Assembly (NCBI GenBank): GCA_964489525.1
Contig: CAZAYY010000021.1
Location: 104 to 64,103 of the forward strand
Direction: 5' to 3'
DNA: 64,000 nucleotides
DNA from: an uncultured Anaerolineales bacterium
GTDB taxonomy: Bacteria; Chloroflexota; Anaerolineae; Anaerolineales; JABWBV01
In this document: positions 54,187 through 63,159 of the stretch, one piece after another
How the letters are laid out: each line of letters begins with the position of its first letter
Numbering within the stretch: position 1 is the stretch's first letter
Position numbers and translations under genes: made by a program
The notes under the pieces: generated by a model
Told to the model about the DNA's origin: nothing
The model's input: only the letters and a program-made list of their open reading frames with translations
Databases searched by the model: none

Positions 54187-55701
54187 CTACCGGGTAAAAA
54201 TCACAGCCTTATCATCTTCGTAGGCCTTTTGCCAGCCTTCCGCCTCCAAAAAGCGCAGCACAGGCGTGCCTTTTTCGAGAAACACAACCCGCACCTGCCA
54301 GCGGTCCAACACTTGCTGCCAGCCGTCATCTGCCCGCACCACCTGAAGCCACTGGCCGAGGATTTCATCGTTATACAAATCCGTCCGCCCATCCACAAAG
54401 GTCGGGTATTCAGGCAGCGCCCACAAGATGTAGCCGCCCCAGTTGTAAGAATTGAACAGGTTGCCCGGCGGGCGGGTTTCTTTTAAGTACTCAACGGCCC
54501 TCACCGGGTAGTTGTCGGCAATAAATTTCTCGTTAATCGAAAGTGGCACGACCAGGGTGGTTTTGAGGGCCACGACCAGAAATACGACAATCAGCAAAAA
54601 TAGGTTAACCCGCGATTGCAGCTTGGTGGGAGGACGCTCGCCCAGCTTAAACGGGCGCAGCCCAAGCCACTTTTGCCAGTGGTCCACCACCAGCCCGGCA
54701 TGGCGCGAGAGCACAATCGGCGAAGCCAGGGCAAACAGGGCAATGTTGCGCCCTGCCAGCAGGCCCATATAGGCAAACACAGCCACCAGCAGAAAATCAA
54801 TCGTCTCCAAACCCCGGCGCGAGGCCCCCACCGCTCCCAGGGTGAGCAGCAGCATCCAGGCAAACGGCTGCACGCTCAGGTTTTGAAAATCGGGCGGCTG
54901 CCACTCCTGGATGTAGTCCTGCAAAATCTGCATATTGACCGTTTCAAAAGGATAGAGCAGTTGGTCCACCCCATAAGGCGAAATGGTCATCGCGACAACC
55001 AGGATAAGGCCAACCACAAAAAGCTGCCAGACTTTGCGAAAAGCCTGCGAAACTGCAATGTCCAGGCTCGGGTCCGGCACCTCACCAAAGGAGCGGGCTT
55101 TACGAGCGGCGTTTCTGCGCTTCCACAACGCCCCCAACCAGTCCAGGCTAAAGCCAACCCCGTATACCAGCCCAATGATAATGCCATTGGCGAAACCACC
55201 GTGGCTGTTGGCCCAAACCACCATTAGAATGGGCAACAGCCACAGGCGGTTTTTGCGGTCGTAACGATAGTCCTCCAGGATAAAGAGAAAGACGCCCGAA
55301 AGAAAAAGTGTCATTAAATGCGGCCGGGCAGACCAAAAAATGCCCGAAACGGTAACCGCCAGGATGAGAATAAAGGCCTTGAGAAATTCTCCGCCTTCCA
55401 TCGCTTTCCAGACAAAATAAAAAGCGGCTGTAATGATCATCGCCACCCAAAGGTTTAACCAACCGGGGCCAACCACCCGGTACACCAACATCAAAGGAAT
55501 TTGCAGCAGCCAGGCCGGGTAATCCCAATCCTCCCCATAGCGGGTGTAGGAAAAAGGGTCAGTAAGCGGCACCGCCCGGTTTTCCAGAATCCACTCCCCG
55601 GTGCGAATGTGCCACCAGGTGTCGGTGTCCAGCGAAATCCGGGCGGTCATGGCAAACACCGCCAGGAAAGTAATCCAAACAAGCAGCCGGCGGGTACTCA
55701 C
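54187..55701 (-). CDS. polytopic membrane protein, putative GT-C-like
   Basis: Acidic loop RISLDTDTWWHIRTGEWILENRAVPLTDPFSYT after TM1, about 11 TM segments, and a C-terminal soluble domain of ~110 aa. Confidence 0.55.
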   Translation of the reverse strand: MSTRRLLVWITFLAVFAMTARISLDTDTWWHIRTGEWILENRAVPLTDPFSYTRYGEDWDYPAWLLQIPLMLVYRVVGPGWLNLWVAMIITAAFYFVWKAMEGGEFLKAFILILAVTVSGIFWSARPHLMTLFLSGVFLFILEDYRYDRKNRLWLLPILMVVWANSHGGFANGIIIGLVYGVGFSLDWLGALWKRRNAARKARSFGEVPDPSLDIAVSQAFRKVWQLFVVGLILVVAMTISPYGVDQLLYPFETVNMQILQDYIQEWQPPDFQNLSVQPFAWMLLLTLGAVGASRRGLETIDFLLVAVFAYMGLLAGRNIALFALASPIVLSRHAGLVVDHWQKWLGLRPFKLGERPPTKLQSRVNLFLLIVVFLVVALKTTLVVPLSINEKFIADNYPVRAVEYLKETRPPGNLFNSYNWGGYILWALPEYPTFVDGRTDLYNDEILGQWLQVVRADDGWQQVLDRWQVRVVFLEKGTPVLRFLEAEGWQKAYEDDKAVIFTR

Positions 55702-56723
55702 ACTTGCTCCTTTGGATTGAATAAGCGGGTATACCAGCCTTTTCCCATTTCTACCATGGGTTTCTCAAGCGGTTCCAGCCAGCTTAAGCCCATAGAAACA
55801 CCCCAGGCTGAGGGTCGTTCAGGTTTATGCAGAAACACCCACAGCACAAAGGGGTAAAGCATGGCTGCGCTGCGCCAATGTTCTGAAAAACCCATCAACA
55901 CAATGGGAAGCCACAAAAAACCCCACAAAATGTACCGCTGCCATGTTCGAACCCTGCCCAACGCGGGGAGCAAGGGGATGTAGTGGTTGACCATCATATA
56001 AGGGAATAGCAGAGCACCTGCGCACATCAGGCGGTCGGGGTCACGGTCAAAACGGAGGGTATAGAGCATCATCCCCAGGGCAGCCGCTCCAAATGGCCAA
56101 CCCAATCGCCAAGCGCTGATATTGTGAACGCTCACCAGACTTCCAGCATCCTGGGCAACACCTAGTTGGGTTATGGGCCATAACCCCCACACCAGAAAAG
56201 TGAGCAGGCCAAACACAGCCGCCATCCAAAGCCAACGAAAACGAGCAAACAAAGCCCAAATCACCACCTGAGGCTTAATCAGCACCAGGGGAATCCCCCA
56301 GGGCAGCAGCGCCAGGCCTAAAATCAAAAAGGCATCGGCAGGCCCGTGCGAAAGGCTGACCAGGATTGGGAAGTTAAACCCTGCCATGGCAACGGCAATG
56401 GTATTGTGGGATATTTTCCAGGTATAAAAAGCAACAATGACCCACCCCAGGGCAGTAAACCAGGTTTTCCCTCCCTCCCAATTAAACAGGCCGAAAAACC
56501 AGGCAGACCAGGGCGGGTAAAACCGCAGCCCGTCGGGCTGGGTATAAAAACGGTTCCAGTCCGAAAGTTCATCCTGGGGCAAAATGGAAAACAACTGCCA
56601 AACCAGACCAAAAATCACACCCCAAATTACCAGAGATAACCAGGGTTTGAGCCAGGGATATTGCTTATTTCTGGCTTCTACCCAGGCAGCCAGCGAAGAT
56701 TGGGTTGGCGGGTCTTCAGACAT
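55698..56723 (-). CDS. polytopic membrane protein, possibly GT87/DUF2029-related
   Basis: 341 aa with about 9 TM segments. LVLIKPQVVIW echoes STIKPQMVYL of the 30808-32046 product. ATGA overlap with the downstream gene. Confidence 0.45.
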   Translation of the reverse strand: MSEDPPTQSSLAAWVEARNKQYPWLKPWLSLVIWGVIFGLVWQLFSILPQDELSDWNRFYTQPDGLRFYPPWSAWFFGLFNWEGGKTWFTALGWVIVAFYTWKISHNTIAVAMAGFNFPILVSLSHGPADAFLILGLALLPWGIPLVLIKPQVVIWALFARFRWLWMAAVFGLLTFLVWGLWPITQLGVAQDAGSLVSVHNISAWRLGWPFGAAALGMMLYTLRFDRDPDRLMCAGALLFPYMMVNHYIPLLPALGRVRTWQRYILWGFLWLPIVLMGFSEHWRSAAMLYPFVLWVFLHKPERPSAWGVSMGLSWLEPLEKPMVEMGKGWYTRLFNPKEQV

Positions 56724-56833
56724 TGCAGATGCTTCGAATAACCATTAGAATACACCAAAAGACAACAGCCCTAAAAATGGGTAATGCTATTATAAAGCAT
56801 CCTCTACCAACCGACCGATGACCTGAGGGTTAA

Positions 56834-58276
56834 GTGCACCCCCAAAAATTCCTACCCAACCTCGCATACACCCAATCCCGCCGCGCCCACTGGGATAAAG
56901 TTGCCCAGAGCATGCCCACCCTGAGCCGCTGGAGCCGTTTCTACCAGCAAAAACTGGCCGAATATTACCGGTTTTTCATCCCCCCAGGTTTAAGGGTTTT
57001 GGAATTGGGCTGCGGCAGAGGCGATTTGCTGGCCGCGCTGGAGCCTTCTTATGGTGTCGGGATTGATTTTTCCGGTCAAATGCTCAAACAAGCAAATGCC
57101 CATTACCCCAGTCTGCACTTTGTCCAAGGCGATGCCCATGCACTCCCCATGGGAACCCATTTTGATGTGGTGATTCTGTCCGACCTGGTCAACGACCTGT
57201 GGGATGTCCAGCAGATGTTGGAAGGCTTACAGCGGGTTTGCCAGCCCCACACCCGAATCATCCTTAATACTTTTTCATACCTCTGGGAAGCCCCCCTGAC
57301 CCTGGCGCAGCGCGCTGGCTTAAGTAAGCCCAGCCTGGAACAAAACTGGCTGGCCGTGGAAGACCTGGAACACCTGCTGCACCTGACGGGATATGAGTTG
57401 GTTCGCCGCCGCCGGGCTTTGCTGCTGCCTTTGTATCTCCCTCTGATAACCACCATTGCCAACCGCTATCTCGCCCATCTCTGGCCTTTCAACCACGGCG
57501 CATTGACCAACTTCCTGGTGGCGCGCCCGGCGCCCTGCCCAAAGGCACCCAACAAGGCCCCGCTGGTTTCGGTCATCGTCCCGGCCCGCAACGAAGCGGG
57601 CAATATCCAGGCCGTGTTTGAACGCACCCCAGAAATGGGCGCCGGGACCGAATTGGTGTTTGTGGAAGGCCATTCAACCGATGACACCTTCGCCGCCATT
57701 CAAGCAGCCATCAACCAATTCCCCCAGCGAAAAGCCCAACTTCACCGGCAAACTGGCAAAGGCAAAGGCGACGCCGTCCGGCTGGGCTTTTCCAAAGCCC
57801 GTGGCGACATCCTGATGATTCTGGATGCCGACCTGACCGTACCCCCGGAAGACCTGTCCCGCTTTTATGAAGCCCTGGTCTCTGGCAAAGGCGAATTTAT
57901 TAACGGGGTGCGGCTGGTTTACCCGATGGAAAACCAGGCGATGCGCTCGCTCAACAAACTGGGCAACAAGTTCTTCAGTATTGCGTTTTCCTGGCTGCTC
58001 GGCCAACCCATCAAAGATACCCTGTGCGGCACGAAAGTGCTGTGGAAAAAAGATTATCAGAAAATCGCCGACAACCGCGCCTACTTTGGCGACTTCGACC
58101 CCTTTGGCGATTTCGACCTTCTCTTCGGCGCGGCCCGCCTGAACCTGAAAATTGTAGACCTGCCCGTGCGCTACCAAGCCCGGCGCTACGGCCAAACCAA
58201 CATCAGCCGCTGGAAACACGGCTGGCTGCTGCTGCGCATGGTGGCCTTCGCTGCAGGGAAGCTAAAGTTTGTTTAA
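56834..58276 (+). CDS. bifunctional-looking fusion: class I SAM methyltransferase (N) + GT2 DPM1-like glycosyltransferase (C)
   Basis: The N-terminal half has VLELGCGRGDLLAAL...DVVILSDLVNDL. The C-terminal half has VSVIVPARNEAGNIQAV...FVEGHSTDDT...ILDADLTVPPEDL. GTG start at 56834 with GAGGG upstream. Confidence 0.8.
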   Translation: MHPQKFLPNLAYTQSRRAHWDKVAQSMPTLSRWSRFYQQKLAEYYRFFIPPGLRVLELGCGRGDLLAALEPSYGVGIDFSGQMLKQANAHYPSLHFVQGDAHALPMGTHFDVVILSDLVNDLWDVQQMLEGLQRVCQPHTRIILNTFSYLWEAPLTLAQRAGLSKPSLEQNWLAVEDLEHLLHLTGYELVRRRRALLLPLYLPLITTIANRYLAHLWPFNHGALTNFLVARPAPCPKAPNKAPLVSVIVPARNEAGNIQAVFERTPEMGAGTELVFVEGHSTDDTFAAIQAAINQFPQRKAQLHRQTGKGKGDAVRLGFSKARGDILMILDADLTVPPEDLSRFYEALVSGKGEFINGVRLVYPMENQAMRSLNKLGNKFFSIAFSWLLGQPIKDTLCGTKVLWKKDYQKIADNRAYFGDFDPFGDFDLLFGAARLNLKIVDLPVRYQARRYGQTNISRWKHGWLLLRMVAFAAGKLKFV

Positions 58277-58343
58277 GGGGACCTGATCCAACCCAGGTTT
58301 TTACCAATCAAAAGTTCGTTCATCTGGGCGTGGTGGGTGTTTT

Positions 58344-60011
58344 TCATGGCGATGGATTCAAATCAAGGTCACGAGGCTCTACTTTTTCAGAAAGCGCATA
58401 GAACACATCATAATCCCCAATCCGGGTTTCTTTCCAGGTCACGCCCAGGGCGGTGAAACCAGCCCGCAGGCGTTCGTTCAGTTCTGGGTGGTGGGTGGTG
58501 ATGTAGGCGGCTCGTTCAGCTGAATCCACCTCCACCTGGTAAAGCGCATAACGGTTGTCGCGGCTGGTGTAGCGAAAATCCAGGTGGTATGGCAGCGCCG
58601 GGACGTAAACCAATTCTTCAGCCGATTCAAAAGCCAACGGGTACGCCACCCAATAATTGGTATATCCATGCACCTCGCCATTTTCTTTAAGGAAATCCTG
58701 CAGTGCATCTATATGCCGGTGGTCAACCCAGGTAACCGGGTAAAACTGGGTGGTAATGCCCGGCGGGTAGCGCAGGGCGCTCTGCACGTTTCCTGCAAGG
58801 TGAAACACCAACACCATGACCACCAGGCCAAGTGCCCAACCACCATAATGCTGCTTAAGAGAATCAATGAACGCTGCCGCAAATAACGCCATGGGAACTG
58901 CCAGGGGCAAAAAATAGCGCCCGGAAGGGTCAGCGCCAAAGGGGGTGAACACAAACCCAATCACCAGCGCCGCCATCACGCCTTTAAGCAGCCCCTGGCC
59001 TGGGTTGACTTCCACAGCCAGGGCAGGCTCTGGCAGGCCTTTTTTCCCGCCTAAAACTCGCCAAAACACGGCTGCCCAAAACATGAGCACAAACGGAATC
59101 AAGGGCAGAGCCAGCCAGCGAATTTCCCAGGGGGGACGAAAACCCAAAATGACCGTGGTGCCCAATACCAGGAAAGAAAACAAATGCTGCAACACCGAAT
59201 CAAAAACAGAAAGCCCCCCTACCCCTGCAATAGCCCCGCCGCCCATTTCAAACAGCAAAACATCCAACCCTCTGTTGACCGCAAACCACAACCAGGGAAA
59301 TGCCCCGAGTGCCAGCCCGGCCAGCCCAACAGCAACCAGCCCCAACAAATGCGGCAGGGGCATCCCAGCCCGGACGTGCCGGGCAGCCCAAAACAACAGC
59401 ATGATTGCAACCGGTATCGAAAAAACCAGGGTAAGCCCAAAAGCCCACACCCCCACTCCAACCAGCAAACCCATCCAGGCAAACCGCCCTGCCAACCTGG
59501 CAGGGCGCTCCTCGCCCACGCCCTGGCCTGCTACCCCCAACCCGGCCAACATGAGCAAATTGCCCAACAAGAGCGCCTCGCCGTACCCGCCCAGGCTGGC
59601 CGTGGTATACAAAGTGGTGTTCACGGTTGGAATGGCCAGCAGCCAGGCCGCCAGCGCACCGACCTGCCAGCGGCGAAAAATCTTTTCTCCCAATAACGCA
59701 GTGGTAATGATGGTTCCCAGGTATAACAACACCTGAACATGCCGGATCACCCAGGCGTGCTGGCCAAAAACCAGGAAGCCCAGGGCTACCAACATTGCAT
59801 CCAGGCTGCCCATGTATGCCTGGCCGTAGAAAAAAACGGGAAAAGACCCCTGCAGCATATGCCGGGCCATCAGGGCAACAATCGCCTCATCGGAATTTAA
59901 AGGAACCACATCCGCCAACAGCAGCGCCATTTTTAAAAGCGCACTCACCAGCAGCCCACCAACCAGCCAGGCAAATTTTTGAGTCTTTAAAGGCATTGGC
60001 AAAAGTTTCAT
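58344..60011 (-). CDS. glycosyltransferase family 39/83-like (PMT_2/ArnT-like) membrane protein
   Basis: Motif VVPLNSDEAIVALMARHMLQGSFPVFFYGQAYMG after TM1. There is a C-terminal soluble domain. Confidence 0.65.
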   Translation of the reverse strand: MKLLPMPLKTQKFAWLVGGLLVSALLKMALLLADVVPLNSDEAIVALMARHMLQGSFPVFFYGQAYMGSLDAMLVALGFLVFGQHAWVIRHVQVLLYLGTIITTALLGEKIFRRWQVGALAAWLLAIPTVNTTLYTTASLGGYGEALLLGNLLMLAGLGVAGQGVGEERPARLAGRFAWMGLLVGVGVWAFGLTLVFSIPVAIMLLFWAARHVRAGMPLPHLLGLVAVGLAGLALGAFPWLWFAVNRGLDVLLFEMGGGAIAGVGGLSVFDSVLQHLFSFLVLGTTVILGFRPPWEIRWLALPLIPFVLMFWAAVFWRVLGGKKGLPEPALAVEVNPGQGLLKGVMAALVIGFVFTPFGADPSGRYFLPLAVPMALFAAAFIDSLKQHYGGWALGLVVMVLVFHLAGNVQSALRYPPGITTQFYPVTWVDHRHIDALQDFLKENGEVHGYTNYWVAYPLAFESAEELVYVPALPYHLDFRYTSRDNRYALYQVEVDSAERAAYITTHHPELNERLRAGFTALGVTWKETRIGDYDVFYALSEKVEPRDLDLNPSP

Positions 60012-60158
60012 AAATCAAGCATTGGGTGACCAGTAATAGAATGAGAAGGGTTGCCTTTGAACAAAGTATAATCCTGGTATGCAGCAGGCAAGGCTGCTCA
60101 AACAAAACTGGCAAACCGGGCAAGAAACTCTGCAAAAGTATAATCCCGAAAATGTTTT

Positions 60159-61859
60159 ATGGCACACTCCAAAAGTCCTACTGTACACCAACCCCGCCAG
60201 CCTGCCCATATGAACCTGAACCCGGTTCTGCTGGCGTCCCTGGTAGGTCTGGCAGCACTGGCAGCCCGGGTCCTACCTGGGGCTCGCACCATTGACGATG
60301 CCTATATCACCTTCCGCTATGCTTATAACCTACTCAGCGGCAGCGGATTGGTATATAACCCTGGCGAGTGGGTTTTGGGCACCACCACACCAGTGTATGC
60401 TGCGCTGATGGCGTTTTCAGGTTTTTTTGCAGGCGGACCGCAGGCGAATTTCCCGGTGCTCGCCCTGGGAATCAACATCATCGCCGATATCCTGACGTGC
60501 TGGCTGCTGCTCTGGTTGGGAAGAAAGGGTCAGATTCCAGCAGCCGGGGCTGCTGCAGCGCTGGCCTGGGCAGTTTTGCCCTTTAGCGTAACTTTCGCCA
60601 TTGGCGGGCTGGAAACCAGCCTGTTTGTCTTGCTGCTAACCGCAACCACCAGTGCCCATCTGGCAGAGCGTCGAGTTTGGACCGCCTTTCTGGCCGCCCT
60701 CAGCCTGCTCACCCGGCCCGATGCGCTGCTGCTGCTGGGTCCGCTAGCCCTCGACCGGTTCTGGACGGGCTGGGCTGCGCCCTGGCTGGCGCACCGGAAA
60801 TCCAAACTCGACCATTCCGCCCCCAAAAAAGCCGCGCCGCAGCAAGGCAGCAATCATCGCCCCAACATCACCTGGGGTGAAGCTGCTGCCGCCACAGTGC
60901 CTGTTTTGGCCTGGTTCGGGTATGCAACCCTGGTCTATGGCAGCCCGCTGCCTCACTCCGTAACCGCCAAAAGCGTGGCTTACCTGCTGCCGGACACCCA
61001 GGCATTCGTCCGGCTGCTGCAGCACTACACCACCCCCTTCATGGAAAACCTGGCCTTTGGCGTGCCGGCGATCTGGGTTGGGGTCTTTCTACATCCATTT
61101 TTATTTCTGGTAGGCGCCCGGCGGCTGGCTCGTACAGCACCCCGGTTGTGGCCCTGGCTGCTGTACCCCTGGGTTTTTTTTGTGGTCTTCGCCATCGCCA
61201 ACCCGCTCATTTTTCGCTGGTACCTGACCCCGCCGCTGGTTCCCTATATCTTTACCATCCTGGCCGGGGTGGCAACCCTGGGCGGGGATGTTCATTCAGC
61301 GCTGGCCGGGCGGTTTAAAGGCGCCCCCTCCCTGGCCTTGCTGGGCCGGGTCGCCCTCGTGATTGTGCCAGCGGCCCTGGCGCTGAATGGATGGGTGCGC
61401 CAGCCTGACCACGGGCTGACCCGACCTGCCCCTGACATGGCCTGGTATGCCCTGGAGCTGGAATATGCCAAGGCGGCAAACCTGCTGCTTAAAGAAATCG
61501 ATGGAAAACAACCTTTGCCAACGATTGCCGCTGGCGATGTGGGCGTGATTGGCTACGTCACCCGTGCGCCCATCCTCGACCTGGTGGGGTTGAATTCTCC
61601 CCAATCGGTGAGGTACTACCCCCTGCCGCCGGAAATGCATGCCAACACCTTCGCGGTCGCGCCGGATTTAATCCTCTCAGAAATGCCCGATTACATCGTA
61701 CTGCTCGAAGTATATGGGCGCGAGTCTTTGTTCAAAAACCCCCAATTCCAGCAAACTTATACCCTGCTCTACCGGATCGAAACCGATATTTATGGCAGCG
61801 AAGGGATGTTGATTTTCAAGAAGAAAAGCAACGAATCAGGCCCACCCCCGGCCCCATAG
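60159..61859 (+). CDS. polytopic membrane protein, putative GT-C glycosyltransferase (DDA-motif type)
   Basis: Motif ARTIDDAYITFRYAYNLLSGSGLVYNPGEWVLGTTTP. An alternative start lies at ATG 60210 (MNLNPVLL). C-terminal soluble domain of ~150 aa. Confidence 0.65.
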   Translation: MAHSKSPTVHQPRQPAHMNLNPVLLASLVGLAALAARVLPGARTIDDAYITFRYAYNLLSGSGLVYNPGEWVLGTTTPVYAALMAFSGFFAGGPQANFPVLALGINIIADILTCWLLLWLGRKGQIPAAGAAAALAWAVLPFSVTFAIGGLETSLFVLLLTATTSAHLAERRVWTAFLAALSLLTRPDALLLLGPLALDRFWTGWAAPWLAHRKSKLDHSAPKKAAPQQGSNHRPNITWGEAAAATVPVLAWFGYATLVYGSPLPHSVTAKSVAYLLPDTQAFVRLLQHYTTPFMENLAFGVPAIWVGVFLHPFLFLVGARRLARTAPRLWPWLLYPWVFFVVFAIANPLIFRWYLTPPLVPYIFTILAGVATLGGDVHSALAGRFKGAPSLALLGRVALVIVPAALALNGWVRQPDHGLTRPAPDMAWYALELEYAKAANLLLKEIDGKQPLPTIAAGDVGVIGYVTRAPILDLVGLNSPQSVRYYPLPPEMHANTFAVAPDLILSEMPDYIVLLEVYGRESLFKNPQFQQTYTLLYRIETDIYGSEGMLIFKKKSNESGPPPAP

Positions 61860-61903
61860 AGTATCGTCCCCAGGCGGGTACACCTACCTGGGGACGATAC
61901 TCT
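61858..61903. terminator. 17-bp perfect hairpin between convergent genes (candidate bidirectional terminator)
   Basis: AGAGTATCGTCCCCAGG (61858-61874), loop cgggtacaccta, CCTGGGGACGATACTCT (61887-61903). The left arm overlaps the stop codon at 61857-61859. There is no clear U-tract. Confidence 0.5.
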
Positions 61904-61929
61904 ACAAATTCTACAGAAAACAAAGCGTT

Positions 61930-63159
61930 TTAGCCCAGGTACTCGCGCAGCTTTCTGCGCACTGCCGGGTGACGCAGCCGGCTGAGGGCTTGCGCTTCAA
62001 TCTGGCGGACGCGTTCGCGGGTAACCCCCATTTTGCGGCCCACCTCTTCAAGGGTATACGCCTGGCCATCCATCAATCCATAGCGAAGCTGCAAAATCCG
62101 CACCTCACGAGGCGGCAGGCTGCTCAGCACTTCTTCCAAATGTTCGCGCAGCAGGTTATAGGTCGCCGTTTCATCTGGTGCAGAGGCTTCGGTATCTTCA
62201 ATAAAATCCCCCAAGACCGAATCTTCCTCATCATCGGTCGGGGTTTCCAAAGACAATGGGCGCCGCGCAACCTGGATCATGTTCTCGACTTTTTTCGCCG
62301 GGACATCCAACGCCGCGGCCAACTCATCCACCGATGGGTCGCGCCCCAAACGTTGGGTTAACTGGTGTTGGATGCGCAGCAGCTTGTTAATCTGATCGCC
62401 CATGTGAACGGGTACGCGAATCGTCCGCCCCTGGTCCGCAATGGCCCGGGTGACAGCCTGGCGAATCCACCAGGTGGCGTATGTGCTGAACTTGTGACCG
62501 CGGCGGTAGTCAAATTTTTTGGCAGCCCGAATCAGGCCAATATTACCCTCTTGAATTAAATCCAGAAAAGGCACCCCGCGCCCCATGTATTTTTTCGCCA
62601 CGCTGATTACGAGGCGCGAATTGGCGGTGATCAAGTGTTCGCGAGCGGCCCAACCATCCTCAATTTGCATGCGAAGTGCATCCCGGCGGCGGCTGTCCAA
62701 TTCTCCCCTGGCAAGCTCTTCACGCGACACCCGTCCACGCTCAATTCGCTGCGCCAAATCCACTTCTTGTTCTGCAGTTAACAGGGGAACCCGGCCAACT
62801 TCTTTCAGATACAAACCAATCATATCGTCTGTATCAATATTGGACAGGTAGTTTTCATCGGCTACGGCATCTTGCCGCAGGTCTTCCTCCATTTCATCTT
62901 CTTCAGCAATCAGGTCTTGCTCAGAAGGTTCAATAAGCGCCAGGTCTTCAATGTAATTCACCCCGGCACTCAACAGGGCGGCAAAAGTCTCCTCCAACTG
63001 GTCCACATCCTGCTCGGCTTCTGGGAAGAACATGAGGATATCATCAATCGTGACAAAGCCTTTCTGCCTCCCCAATTCAATCAAGCGCGCAATGGGGGAA
63101 AAATCCTCATCATCCTCATCCTCATCCATGTCTTTAAGCACAGAATCGTCAATCTTCAT
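61930..63159 (-). CDS. rpoD: primary RNA polymerase sigma factor (sigma-70 family, RpoD/SigA)
   Basis: Acidic region 1.1, then LIQEGNIGLIRAAKKFDYRRGHKFSTYATWWIRQAVTRAIADQGRTIRVPVHM (regions 2.x) and the region 4.2 sequence TLEEVGRKMGVTRERVRQIEAQAL. Confidence 0.93.
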   Translation of the reverse strand: MKIDDSVLKDMDEDEDDEDFSPIARLIELGRQKGFVTIDDILMFFPEAEQDVDQLEETFAALLSAGVNYIEDLALIEPSEQDLIAEEDEMEEDLRQDAVADENYLSNIDTDDMIGLYLKEVGRVPLLTAEQEVDLAQRIERGRVSREELARGELDSRRRDALRMQIEDGWAAREHLITANSRLVISVAKKYMGRGVPFLDLIQEGNIGLIRAAKKFDYRRGHKFSTYATWWIRQAVTRAIADQGRTIRVPVHMGDQINKLLRIQHQLTQRLGRDPSVDELAAALDVPAKKVENMIQVARRPLSLETPTDDEEDSVLGDFIEDTEASAPDETATYNLLREHLEEVLSSLPPREVRILQLRYGLMDGQAYTLEEVGRKMGVTRERVRQIEAQALSRLRHPAVRRKLREYLG

